A stretch of DNA of 64,000 bases from a virus (IMGVR_UViG_3300049172_000068:7387-71386); one strand, 5' to 3'. Numbered from the stretch's first letter, positions 26,378 to 35,466 are shown. Made by a program: numbers and translations. Notes: generated from the sequence alone by a model not told the origin.

Positions 26378-26602
26378 GTGGACGCTGAACGCGACCTGCG
26401 CATCCAGGTGAAGGCGGCGCTTCTCGCCAGCAACATCAGCCAGGCCGAAGCCGCCCGCCGTCTCGAACTATCCACCAAGCACATGAGCCAGATGCTGACC
26501 GGCCGCGCCCCGCTCACCCTCATCTGGGCTGGACGCATCCTCACCCTCTGCGGGATGCGCCTCGTCATCGGCCTCCAGCACGACACCCAGCCCCGCCGAT
26601 AG
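26378..26602 (+). CDS. XRE HTH protein
   Basis: NISQAEAARRLELSTKHMSQMLTG. Confidence 0.75.
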   Translation: MDAERDLRIQVKAALLASNISQAEAARRLELSTKHMSQMLTGRAPLTLIWAGRILTLCGMRLVIGLQHDTQPRR

Positions 26603-26630
26603 CCCGCACCGCCGCACCAAGGAGCCCGCC

Positions 26631-27281
26631 GTGAACGAGTCCGCAGCCTGCTTCGTCTGCCGCAACGACCTCTTCGCCGACGAATGGGACCGCTACTGCT
26701 GCCGCCCCTGCGAAACCCGCATCGACAGCAACCTCGCCGCCCTCGCCGGCCCGCCCCTCTGGCAAAACGGGCGACTCGTCACCGGCCTGTTCGCCGCGCT
26801 CCCCGACGAACTCGAACCCAGTGCCAGCAACAAGGGCCCCCGCGTCAGCGGCAGCCGCAACGCCCCCATACCCGCCCGGCTCGGCCCGCTCAACGACTCC
26901 GCCAACGGCGGCCTCGTCAACGACCTCGAAGAATGGGTCCGCGACTGGGAACACCGCGGCTACGCCACCAGCTGCTCCGCCGTCCGCCCCCAGTACCGCA
27001 TGGACCAAGCCGTCGCCACACTGCGCTTCAACCTCGACACAGCCGTCCGCCGACACGAGGCCATCGGCCCCTTCGCCGAAGAAGTCCGCGAGATCCGAGG
27101 CACCTGCGAAGGGATGATCGTCGGAGCCCGGCCGCCCAAACCCCTCACCGCCGTCTGCCACTGCGGCACCGTCATCAGGTTCAACCTCAACACCCACATC
27201 CGGTACTGCAAAGGCTGCGGCACCGACTACGGCCACTCCGCCCTCGTCCAGATGGCGCTCGCGGAAGGGCGGGCCGCGTGA
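26631..27281 (+). CDS. Zinc-finger protein at the end of the early region (possible late regulator)
   Basis: CFVC..CRPC and CHC..CKGC motifs. Confidence 0.6.
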   Translation: MNESAACFVCRNDLFADEWDRYCCRPCETRIDSNLAALAGPPLWQNGRLVTGLFAALPDELEPSASNKGPRVSGSRNAPIPARLGPLNDSANGGLVNDLEEWVRDWEHRGYATSCSAVRPQYRMDQAVATLRFNLDTAVRRHEAIGPFAEEVREIRGTCEGMIVGARPPKPLTAVCHCGTVIRFNLNTHIRYCKGCGTDYGHSALVQMALAEGRAA

Positions 27282-27496
27282 CCGCCCGCCACGCCGCCGA
27301 CAAACTCCCCGTCTACAGCGGCAGCGACGGCCGCGCCTACATCGCCGCCGACGACGCCGTCGCCCTCATCCGCGCCATCGCCGAAACCTGCCGCAACCTC
27401 GCCGACGACCCCGACTGCACCCTCCACGGCGCCGGAGCCGCCATCGACCTCGAAGCCGACGCCATCGCCTGCCGGGCCATCGAGCACACGCTATGA
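27278..27496 (+). CDS. Hypothetical protein
   Basis: Overlap; ends at a terminator. Confidence 0.55.
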   Translation: MTARHAADKLPVYSGSDGRAYIAADDAVALIRAIAETCRNLADDPDCTLHGAGAAIDLEADAIACRAIEHTL

Positions 27497-27497
27497 C

Positions 27498-27535
27498 GAA
27501 GGGCCCGACCGCGAGTGCGGTCGGGCCCTTCTTTG
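27498..27535. terminator. Strong terminator separating early genes from the leftward Nudix operon
   Basis: GAAGGGCCCGACCGC-GAGT-GCGGTCGGGCCCTTC-TTT, 15-bp perfect stem. Confidence 0.85.
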
Positions 27536-27540
27536 CGTTC

Positions 27541-27849
27541 TCAGACGCGTGACACCTCGAGCGGCGCCGGCACCGGCGGGGCGTCCAGGCCGAACCTGTC
27601 CGCGAGGAGCATCCGGGCCGCGGTGTCGCGCTCGAAGGCGCTGCGGCCGGGCGGCATCGACAGGATGCGGGAGCCGTCAGGAACCTCGACGAACGCCCCG
27701 AAGAACGTGGCATCCGTGATCGATGAGTTGACGAGTTCCACGTCCAGCTCGGCGAGGAGCTCGTCGAGTGGCGCATCCAACAGGCGATCTGTCGACAAAG
27801 CGGGGCGCGCTAAAGCGAGCGCTTCGCTACTCTGCATGGGTAGCTCCAT
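27541..27849 (-). CDS. Small ImmA/IrrE-N-like protein lacking HEXXH
   Basis: LLAELDVELVNSSITDATFFGAFV..ILSMPPGRSAFERD. Confidence 0.45.
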   Translation of the reverse strand: MELPMQSSEALALARPALSTDRLLDAPLDELLAELDVELVNSSITDATFFGAFVEVPDGSRILSMPPGRSAFERDTAARMLLADRFGLDAPPVPAPLEVSRV

Positions 27850-27999
27850 CCTTCACAGGGGTTGGGTTGCTGGATCTGCGAGTCGCCACTCGCGGGTCGA
27901 ACTGGCCGGGCGGTCGCCACCGCCCGGCCGTTCGCGTTTCTAGGAGCCTCGTGGATGAGGCCGCCGGATTGGGAGGGCACCACACAAGACCTTCACAGG

Positions 28000-28410
28000 T
28001 CAGTGCGGCAGAACCTCGTCGAGGTACTCCTGGACCTTCTCGTACAGCGGGTACGGCACGTAGTCCGTGATCTCCGAGTGGGAGACCCAGGCGACCGCGT
28101 CGAGTTCGTCCTCGTCCGCGACCCGGGCTTCGCCCTGCAGCACCTCGCAGGCCGTGTACGACATCGCGCGCCCGGTCTTCGGGTGAACGCGCTCGCCCAG
28201 GAGCCGGATCGCCGTGACGACCAGCCCGGTCTCCTCGACCGTCTCCCGAACGGCCGCATCCTCGGCGGCCTCGCCGGGCTCGATCTGGCCGGCCGGGAAC
28301 TGCCACATGAGCTCGCCCTCGGAGACGCGACGGCGCACCATCAGCACGCGGTCGTCCTGCACGATGATCGCGGCGCTGATGCCGGGCTTCTCGGTGATCG
28401 TCTCGGTCAT
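28000..28410 (-). CDS. Nudix hydrolase with canonical box
   Basis: GQIEPGEAAEDAAVRETVEETGL = GX5EX7REUXEEXGU; ATGA overlap with the upstream gene. Confidence 0.9.
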   Translation of the reverse strand: MTETITEKPGISAAIIVQDDRVLMVRRRVSEGELMWQFPAGQIEPGEAAEDAAVRETVEETGLVVTAIRLLGERVHPKTGRAMSYTACEVLQGEARVADEDELDAVAWVSHSEITDYVPYPLYEKVQEYLDEVLPH

Positions 28411-29048
28411 ACCGTTGCCTCCAGGGCGTCCAGGATCGGCGGATAGATGCGGTCGGTGGGGATGAAGCGGCTGAGCTCGCTTATCGGAGCCCATGCCACG
28501 GCGACGTTCTCCGAGGAATCCCCGTTGACCGCCTCGCCGTGCACGTAATCGCAGATGAAGTAATCGCACATTGCGCGCGTATTAGGGTGCAGTCGTTCAC
28601 CCAGATGTTCACGGACCAGGCAATGCACGCCCGTCTCGTCCAGGGTTTCCCGGACCGCGACCTTCGACGCCGAGCCGCCCGGCTTGACGATGCCTGCCGG
28701 GAACTGCCAGGCGATGTCGTCACCGTCCTGCCTGCACACGAGCAGCACCTCACCGCCACGTCGGACCACGGCGATGGCCACCCGGAGTGCCTGCGCCTCT
28801 GGCTGGGGCGCCCCTGTCCGCAACGAATGGATGAACCGCCGGCGCACCGCATCACCTGCCAATCTGTAGGTCGTATCCAGGATTCGCTGCGTCTCCGGCT
28901 GGGGCACCATTTTCGGATTGGCGCGCCATGAGGCCACGCTCCGAACCGACACCCCGAGTTTCGCTGCGAATTCTTCCTGGGTGATCTCGAATGCGTCATG
29001 GAGCCGGGCGGCTTTCTCCCCGGTCCACTGCTGAACTCCGTCGTCCAC
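28407..29048 (-). CDS. XRE-HTH plus degenerate Nudix fusion (probable sensor-regulator)
   Basis: ITQEEFAAKLGVSVRSVASW HTH; box GIVKPGGSASKVAVRETLDETGV with E>G and EE>DE changes; GAGGAG RBS. Confidence 0.85.
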   Translation of the reverse strand: MDDGVQQWTGEKAARLHDAFEITQEEFAAKLGVSVRSVASWRANPKMVPQPETQRILDTTYRLAGDAVRRRFIHSLRTGAPQPEAQALRVAIAVVRRGGEVLLVCRQDGDDIAWQFPAGIVKPGGSASKVAVRETLDETGVHCLVREHLGERLHPNTRAMCDYFICDYVHGEAVNGDSSENVAVAWAPISELSRFIPTDRIYPPILDALEATV

Positions 29049-29091
29049 TATCGGCTCCTCGGCCGCCTTTGTGGGCCCTTCCGCAGCGGGC

Positions 29092-29152
29092 CTGCATGGG
29101 GCTGCATGGTCCGCTTCAGATCACTGCATGGTGCTGCATGGGATCTTCATGG
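29092..29152. repeat. 8-bp direct repeat array CTGCATGG
   Basis: Exact at 29092, 29102, 29124 and 29134; one-mismatch copy at 29145. Confidence 0.8.
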
Positions 29153-29200
29153 TCTGGGCGCGCCTGCACGCGAAGACTCGATCCCATGACGGAATCGCGA

Positions 29201-29446
29201 TCACCTGCCTCGTGCGAGGGCCTCCGCGCGAGAGCCGCTGAAGCCGAGGAGGTCGCCCACCTCGGCCCAGGTTCGACCTTCGTAGAGCTCCCATACGACC
29301 GCCTTCTGGATCTCCATGAGTGCGCGGTCGGCGGCGTTGTGTTTCGCGCGTTCATTCTTCGCCGCTTCGAAGCGCTCAATCGGATCAGCGATGGCGGCAA
29401 CGGGGGCGGCCTCGGCGTTGGCGTATTCGGTGAGCGCATCGGTCAT
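29201..29446 (-). CDS. Small C-terminal HTH protein
   Basis: RTWAEVGDLLGFSGSRAEAL; divergent from the transfer operon. Confidence 0.65.
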   Translation of the reverse strand: MTDALTEYANAEAAPVAAIADPIERFEAAKNERAKHNAADRALMEIQKAVVWELYEGRTWAEVGDLLGFSGSRAEALARGR

Positions 29447-29533
29447 GGGCTCAGGGTAGGGATCGATGTCCGCCCCTTCAACCCTGTGTTGATGATCGCG
29501 GCGCAGCGGTTCCAGCTTTCTGGGCGAGGGGAG

Positions 29534-29575
29534 TTGACAGGTCGTCGGGGACGCCCTTCAATAGGGGTATTGAAG
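29534..29575 (+). promoter_or_regulatory. Candidate promoter/operator of the transfer operon
   Basis: TTGACA at 29534-29539; palindrome CTTCAATA-GGGG-TATTGAAG at 29556-29575. Confidence 0.5.
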
Positions 29576-29710
29576 TCGACGGCGCTCCACCGCTCGAAGC
29601 TTCAGCAGTCGCTCCACCGACTGCACCCCACAAACGAAAACGGCCCCAGCTCAGGGACTCCACTCCCTGGCCAGGGCCTCACCACGAGGAATCTCTGAAG
29701 GGTCCCCCTC

Positions 29711-30037
29711 ATGGCTACTGAGATCGTACCGGCGCCCGTGAGCGCTGAGCGCACCACCGCCCCGCTTCCGCCGGCCGCCACCGAGCCGCTGAGCGATTTC
29801 GCGGCCAAGCTCGTGGACCGGTTGGAACTGCGTCTGACGGCGCCGGAGGTTCTTCCGGCTGTGGCCCGCTATCAGGTCGCCTCGTACCGGACTGCTCAGT
29901 TGTCGAGCTGCTTGTACCGCTACGGCCTGTCGGACGCCGACTTCGATTCGCTCGAGTTCGCTCAAGACACGATGCGCGAGGCCCGCGCCGTCCTTGCCGC
30001 CGCCGGCCGCCTGGACCTGATCGGGGTGGCCGCATGA
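29711..30037 (+). CDS. Hypothetical protein, first gene of the transfer operon
   Basis: ORF ending in an AA tail, downstream of the candidate promoter. Confidence 0.55.
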   Translation: MATEIVPAPVSAERTTAPLPPAATEPLSDFAAKLVDRLELRLTAPEVLPAVARYQVASYRTAQLSSCLYRYGLSDADFDSLEFAQDTMREARAVLAAAGRLDLIGVAA

Positions 30038-30305
30038 TCGCCGCCGACGACACCCCGCAGCCGGAGCCGACGCCGGATCTGCCGCCGCTGCCGCAGGAGC
30101 CGGCTGCCCGCCGTCGGGCGATGAAGGTTCGGAAGTGGTGACGGTGACCGACGCCGAGCGCGCGGAACTGTCCCGCAAGTTGGCCGAGGCGAACCGCCAG
30201 AGCCGCAACCGGCCCAACTAGGGCCCCTGATCGCCGCGGGTGGCGGTGTCCGCCCCCGTCCCGCCGCCCGCGGCTCCCACTTCGCACGCCCCGAGAGGAG
30301 GCGCC

Positions 30306-30743
30306 ATGCTCGCCGACGACAACCCACGCCTGAGCCCCATGTGGTCGGGCCGTCGGGCCCCGTTCCAGGCGCTGCAGGACGCGCTCAGCGTGCTGGCCGG
30401 CTCCTACGACATGCGTGACGGCCGCAGCGACGACCCCATGTCGCGGGTGTCTGTCTCGGTCGACGACTGGCACGGGCAGCCGATCGTCCCGGCCCGCCGG
30501 TTCCCGGTCGCCGCGTTCGATGACCTGCTGCTCGCGGTGCAGCTGCTGGCGGCCCGGCATCGTGCCGAGGACGTGGCGGCGGGCTGGGTCGGGCAGGTCG
30601 ACGCCGAGCGCAGGGCCGCCGTCCGGGACCGCTGGCAGGCCCGAGGTGCCGACATGGGCGAGTTCCGGGCCGCGCTGCGGGCCGAGTTCGCCGAGTCGGC
30701 CCGGCTGTACGAGTCCGCGCCTCGCTTCGACGACGCGCCCTGA
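30306..30743 (+). CDS. Hypothetical protein
   Basis: GAGGAGG RBS before ATG 30306. Confidence 0.55.
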   Translation: MLADDNPRLSPMWSGRRAPFQALQDALSVLAGSYDMRDGRSDDPMSRVSVSVDDWHGQPIVPARRFPVAAFDDLLLAVQLLAARHRAEDVAAGWVGQVDAERRAAVRDRWQARGADMGEFRAALRAEFAESARLYESAPRFDDAP

Positions 30744-30793
30744 TCTTCACCCCCATCCCTTTCCCGCTCCACCTGACCAGTGAGGAACCACCC

Positions 30794-31024
30794 ATGTCTC
30801 CGTACCTGTTCGACGCTGATCTCGCCGCCACTGATCTGGGCCGCCAGGCCCGCGCTGCGACGCCGGTGTCCGCGCTGTCCGTGCTGTCCATCAGTGACCT
30901 GTTCACCGACTACGCCGCCGCTGTCGCCCGGGGTGACCGTGCCCGGGTGGCGGAGATCCGCCTGGCCGCCGACCCGCAGCTGGTGGCCGAGCTGGACGGC
31001 TTCGACTACCCGGCCGCCGCCTGA
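30794..31024 (+). CDS. Hypothetical protein
   Basis: GAGGA RBS. Confidence 0.55.
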   Translation: MSPYLFDADLAATDLGRQARAATPVSALSVLSISDLFTDYAAAVARGDRARVAEIRLAADPQLVAELDGFDYPAAA

Positions 31025-31149
31025 TGGCTGACCGCTGTGCTCAGTGCGAGGAGCACGCCGAGCTGCACCGCGGCAACTGGCTGGGTTTCGGCAAGCAGAA
31101 CGATCCGTGCCCGCCGTGTGAGGACCACGCCAAGAACGGCTGCCGCTGA
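31024..31149 (+). CDS. 41-aa CxxC/H protein (not in the track)
   Basis: My translation MADRCAQCEEHAELHRGNWLGFGKQNDPCPPCEDHAKNGCR*; TGATG overlap. Confidence 0.55.
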   Translation: MADRCAQCEEHAELHRGNWLGFGKQNDPCPPCEDHAKNGCR

Positions 31150-31221
31150 CCGCCGCAAGATCAGCTGGTGGCAACCGGCCGGCTGCCCGATCCATACCTC
31201 CAACCCCGAGAGGAGCCCACC

Positions 31222-31416
31222 GTGGCCCTGTTCCGTCGCACTCCCGCACCGAAGGGCTACCGCCCCACCGAGGCCGAGGTGGCGTCTGCCGCCGCCCAGT
31301 TGAACGCGGGCAGCCACCACGCCGCCTACGACCTCACCCTCCATTCCGGCGACTACCAGCAGGACACCGCGATGCGAATCCTCGGCCACTGCATCGAGGA
31401 CGGGGGCGGCTCGTGA
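31222..31416 (+). CDS. Hypothetical protein
   Basis: GAGGAG RBS. Confidence 0.55.
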   Translation: MALFRRTPAPKGYRPTEAEVASAAAQLNAGSHHAAYDLTLHSGDYQQDTAMRILGHCIEDGGGS

Positions 31417-31583
31417 GTCACTTCCACTGCCCCGACTGCCACCCGCAGTTGCAGCGCGGCGTGACCCCGGCGATCTGCGGCGAGATCATCCCGCCCGCCA
31501 TCGTCGGCAACGGCCCGGAGCGGAAGTGCCAGCCGTGCAAGAGCTCGCTGCGCCGGCACAAGGCCAGCCACCGCAAGCGCTGA
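31413..31583 (+). CDS. 56-aa zinc-binding protein (not in the track)
   Basis: HCPDC..C..CQPC; GTGA overlap. Confidence 0.5.
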   Translation: MSHFHCPDCHPQLQRGVTPAICGEIIPPAIVGNGPERKCQPCKSSLRRHKASHRKR

Positions 31584-31678
31584 CCGGCTGTCCGCGGCCC
31601 GCGTGTCGCACGCGGGCCCTGGAGAACTGGCGCAGCACCACCCCCAACCCCGTCCGTTCCGACCTGGAAGAGGTCGTC

Positions 31679-31882
31679 ATGTTCCGCGTCATCGCCTGGG
31701 CTGCCCTCGCCTTCTACCTGATCACCGTCGGCCTGTGGCCGGCCGCTCTCGCCCCGGTCTCGCTGGGCCTGGACGGGATCGCCGCGGTCATCGCCGCGGT
31801 CCCCGGCCCGGTTCTGGCCCTGGCCGCCGGCGCCGCCTGGCTGAAGCACCGGCCCGCCCCCGCCAAGACCGCCACCGCCTGA
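31679..31882 (+). CDS. Small Spd-like membrane protein
   Basis: 2 TM segments; GAGG RBS; directly upstream of the transfer genes. Confidence 0.6.
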   Translation: MFRVIAWAALAFYLITVGLWPAALAPVSLGLDGIAAVIAAVPGPVLALAAGAAWLKHRPAPAKTATA

Positions 31883-31903
31883 GACCCGAAGGGACTGATA
31901 CCC

Positions 31904-33187
31904 GTGACCGCCACGTCGATCGAAATGCTCAACGGCCACGACCACTTTGACCCGGTCGCGCTGGCTGAGGCGGAGGCGATCCGGACCCGCGCCGAAGCCG
32001 AAGCCGAAGCCGCCCGAATTAAGGCCGAGGGCGAGGCGGAGGCCGAGAAGATCCTGGCCGCCGAGAAGGCCGAGAAGGAGCGCCTTTCCAATGAGCGCGC
32101 GGCGATGCGGCTGGAGAAGGAGCGCGCCGACCACGAGGCGCACCTCGCCAAGAAGGCCGCCGAGAAGGCCAAGGCCGACGCCGAGCGGGAGAAGGCCGAG
32201 CAGGCCGCCGAGGAGGAGGCCGAGCGTGAGGCGCAACTGCTCGCCGAGCAGGAGCGGGCGGAGCGCTGGTGGAAGTGGGGCGCCCGCGGCATCTACGCCG
32301 TCGGCCTGATCATCGCCGCGCCGGTGCAGTTCATGCACTTCTGGGACCCCGAGCGGCCGTTCCTCGTCGCAGCCCCTGGTCTCCTGGAGGGCTTCGCGCT
32401 GGTGCTGGCCTTCGGTGCCACGTGGGCTGTTGCCCACCGGCGGGACGTTGCCCCGTACCGGATCGGCATCATGCTCGGCGCGATGATCGCAGCCGCGATC
32501 AACCTGCACGGCGGCATGACCGACCCGGCGATCGGCTTCAACGCGGGCCTGATCGGCGCCATCGCCTCGCTGGGCGGGCCGATCGTGCTGATGGCTTACG
32601 AGCACGGCATCGCGCAGAAGGTCGACGGCATCCCCTCCTTCCGAGAGCGGCGCGCAGCCGAGCGTGCCCGGCGTGAAGCGGAAGCCGCACGCGAGAAGGC
32701 GCGAGCTGAGAAGCAGGCCACCGAGGCTCGCGCCGCGGCCGAGAAGGCTGCCGCACAGGCCCGCGCCGAGGAGGAGCAGCGGCGCCGCGACGACGACCGT
32801 CGGACGGGCCACGACGAGGTGTGGCAGGTCGCCGACTCGATGCGTTCGGCGCGCGGCTCGCAGTACGTCACCGAGCAGATCTGGGCCGAAGCCTGGTACC
32901 GCGTGACGGGCTGCAAGACGGTCGGTATCACCCCCGAGATCGAGGCCAAGTCGCGTGCCGCGGCGGCCCGCATGAAGGTCGCCACCGACGTTCCGATAAT
33001 CGGTGACTTCGCGCAGGTCGAATCCCAAAAGGGCCCCCGCCCCAAGAAGGCCCCCGACGCTCCCGACGGGCGCCGCAACAACGGCGGTACTCCGCCCGTC
33101 CGCCGGCCCGGCCAGACCGCCCCCATCCACCCCGTCGCCCGCGCCCAGGCGCGCCTTGAGCAGACCACCGGGAAGGACTCGCAGTGA
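31904..33187 (+). CDS. Coiled-coil plus 4-TM protein (SpdB/DUF2637-like)
   Basis: E/A/K-rich coils flank four TM helices; GTGA-coupled to traB. Confidence 0.7.
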   Translation: MTATSIEMLNGHDHFDPVALAEAEAIRTRAEAEAEAARIKAEGEAEAEKILAAEKAEKERLSNERAAMRLEKERADHEAHLAKKAAEKAKADAEREKAEQAAEEEAEREAQLLAEQERAERWWKWGARGIYAVGLIIAAPVQFMHFWDPERPFLVAAPGLLEGFALVLAFGATWAVAHRRDVAPYRIGIMLGAMIAAAINLHGGMTDPAIGFNAGLIGAIASLGGPIVLMAYEHGIAQKVDGIPSFRERRAAERARREAEAAREKARAEKQATEARAAAEKAAAQARAEEEQRRRDDDRRTGHDEVWQVADSMRSARGSQYVTEQIWAEAWYRVTGCKTVGITPEIEAKSRAAAARMKVATDVPIIGDFAQVESQKGPRPKKAPDAPDGRRNNGGTPPVRRPGQTAPIHPVARAQARLEQTTGKDSQ

Positions 33188-35292
33188 GCATAGAGACGAC
33201 CCCCAGCAGCGCCCCGGACCCGGAGTGGGAGCGCATCGTCGGCGACTACCTGAACGCCCCCGGCGAGGCGCCCGTCGAGAAGCAGACGACGTCCGTCGAC
33301 CTGATGGGCGACACCCCCCTCACCCCGGCCTGGACGAAGACCCGCACCGGCTGGAAGAGCTGGGCCGAGCTCGGTCGCATCAACACGATGCGCGGCTTCC
33401 GTAAGTGGCTGCGCCGGCAGGCCAGCGAGCACGGTCACGCCTCCCAGATCGGCCGCGGTGTGCGCCGCACCGCGCTGTGGGTGCAGGGCACCGAAGGCGC
33501 CCAAGTCCTCGCCGCCCGGCACGAGGTGCAGCAGACGCAGCGCGACTACAAGGCCGCGAAGTGGGCGCACGACCGGCGGCTCATGCCCGGAAAGGAGAAG
33601 GAGAAGCGGCGCCGGGAGATGGAGGGTGCGTTCGCCGACTCGGCGTCGGCGATGAGTAAGTACCGGTCGGCGCAGCGGGATGCTCGGATGCGGCGGGCCG
33701 TGCGCGGCGTCGCGGCCCTCGCTCCGATCGCCGGTGTCGAGGGTGCCGGCCTGGCGCTGCTCGGCGCCCCGGGCGGGATCGCCGCCACCGCGGCGACCCT
33801 GGCCGCGTTCGCGTTGATCGGCCGGCGCACCACCGCAGGGGAGCTGTACACCGACCGCGACGCGAAGATCGGCGACGGGGACCGGATGACCGACGAGATG
33901 GTCAACCGCGTCTACCGCAGCGCCAAGGTCATCGGCGCGGAAGACATCGTCAAGCTGCTGTCGCCGTGCACGCTCACCGCGGACGGCTCCGCCTGGGAGG
34001 TTCGGCTGGAGCTACCCGACGGCATCCCCGCCTCGAAGGCGCTCGGCGCGACGGCGCAGCTCGCGAACGGCTTCGGCGTCAGCGTGCAGCAGGTATCGCA
34101 GACCAAGGGTGAGCGGGAGGACTGGCTCACCCTGCGCGTCACCCTCAAGGTTCCCTTCACGGGTAAGCCCAAGAGGGGGCCGCTGCTCACCGCGGAGAAG
34201 GTCAACCTGTGGCAGCCGGTGCCGATGGCCGTGTCCGAGCGCGGTGACGTCATGGCCGTGGAGTGGTTCGAGAAGACCGCCCTGTACGGCGGCGAGCCCG
34301 GGTCCGGCAAGTCGGCTGCGGCGAACAACCCGCTGCTCTCCGCGAGCCTGGATGTGACCGCCGACTTCTATCTGGCCGACGGCAAGGGCGGCTTCGACCT
34401 GTCACCGTTCGAGCCGATCGCCCAGATGATCGACACCGACGGCGACCCCGAGCAGCTGCTCGCCATCCTGCGGCACGTGTGGGAAGTGGTCCTTCCCGGG
34501 CTGAAGCAGACGGTCAAGGACCACCGGGTCCGCAAGTTCTCCGAGGCGCTGGCCGCGCAGGACGAGCGGGTGCGCTTCACCATCCTTTACATCGACGAGT
34601 GGGCCTCCTACATGGCCGCCGCCAGCCAGGAGCAGCAGAAGGAGCTGGACCGGCTCCTGCGGCTGATAACGCAGCAGGGCCGCGCCTACGCGGTGATCGT
34701 CATCGCGGCCACGCAGAAGCCCGACTCGAACGCTGTGCCCACCGGCATCCGCGACATCCTGTCCACACGCTGGGCCGGCCGCTGCATGACACCCGAGGCG
34801 TCCGACACGATCCTCGGCAAGGGCCGGGCGTCCGCCGGCTACAACGCGCAGCGGATCCTCAAGTCGCAGCGAGGTGTGGGCTACCTGCAGACCGGCGAGA
34901 CCTCGGAGCCCACGCTCACGCAGTCGTACTTCTACACCGACGAAGAGGTCGAGGTGATCCTGCGGCGGGCCTACGAGCTGCGGAAGGCGGCTGGCGTGCT
35001 GCCGGTCGCAGTCGAGCCCGAGGTGACGGTCCTCGACCATCTGATCAAGGCGGCGGCCGGAACTGGGCGCGGCAACGTAACCCGCGCCGAGGTGTTCGCC
35101 TACCTAGCCACCGTCGACGAGGAGTTCGTTCAGGCCGGTGGCGAGAGTGATGAGCGCTACCGGTCTCGGGTCGGCAGCCTCCTCAAGGAGCGCGTCGCTG
35201 AACTCGGGGCCGAAGTGCCCGCAGTGCAGTTCCCGCTCGACGGTAAGCGCGTCTGGGGATGGACCCTTGAGGCTCTCCAGGGAGCCCGATAG
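33184..35292 (+). CDS. traB: TraB-type FtsK/SpoIIIE conjugative dsDNA translocase
   Basis: N-terminal TM pair; Walker A GEPGSGKS, Walker B ILYIDE, AATQKP, GRC..SDTILG; C-terminal wHTH-like domain. Confidence 0.88.
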   Translation: MSIETTPSSAPDPEWERIVGDYLNAPGEAPVEKQTTSVDLMGDTPLTPAWTKTRTGWKSWAELGRINTMRGFRKWLRRQASEHGHASQIGRGVRRTALWVQGTEGAQVLAARHEVQQTQRDYKAAKWAHDRRLMPGKEKEKRRREMEGAFADSASAMSKYRSAQRDARMRRAVRGVAALAPIAGVEGAGLALLGAPGGIAATAATLAAFALIGRRTTAGELYTDRDAKIGDGDRMTDEMVNRVYRSAKVIGAEDIVKLLSPCTLTADGSAWEVRLELPDGIPASKALGATAQLANGFGVSVQQVSQTKGEREDWLTLRVTLKVPFTGKPKRGPLLTAEKVNLWQPVPMAVSERGDVMAVEWFEKTALYGGEPGSGKSAAANNPLLSASLDVTADFYLADGKGGFDLSPFEPIAQMIDTDGDPEQLLAILRHVWEVVLPGLKQTVKDHRVRKFSEALAAQDERVRFTILYIDEWASYMAAASQEQQKELDRLLRLITQQGRAYAVIVIAATQKPDSNAVPTGIRDILSTRWAGRCMTPEASDTILGKGRASAGYNAQRILKSQRGVGYLQTGETSEPTLTQSYFYTDEEVEVILRRAYELRKAAGVLPVAVEPEVTVLDHLIKAAAGTGRGNVTRAEVFAYLATVDEEFVQAGGESDERYRSRVGSLLKERVAELGAEVPAVQFPLDGKRVWGWTLEALQGAR

Positions 35293-35336
35293 GCCCCGTT
35301 TGCCCCTAAGTGGGTGTATCGGTATCTACCAGTTTG

Positions 35337-35466
35337 CCCCTGTGTGACCCCTATGCAGAGAGGGCGTCACCCTGTGCACCGCGCACAGGGGTCGGGCCTG
35401 CCTGCACAGGGGGCCGCACAGTCCATGACCTGCGGCTTCATCGCCGCGCACAGTCCCTGCACACCC
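35337..35466. repeat. GCACAG(GG/TC) repeat cluster, candidate clt
   Basis: CCCTGTG 35338, CCCTGTGC 35370, GCACAGGG 35383 and 35404, GCACAGTC 35416 and 35448, CCCTGCAC 35455; non-coding, right after traB. Confidence 0.55.

Noticed and set aside
33184-35292. Chromosomal FtsK or type VII EccC
   Set aside because: Single ATPase domain, short N-terminus, Spd-like neighbours and phage context; no WXG100 or other T7SS genes.
29092-35466. Short repeat clusters as mini-CRISPR arrays
   Set aside because: Units are 6-8 bp with 2-25 bp gaps, far below CRISPR dimensions.
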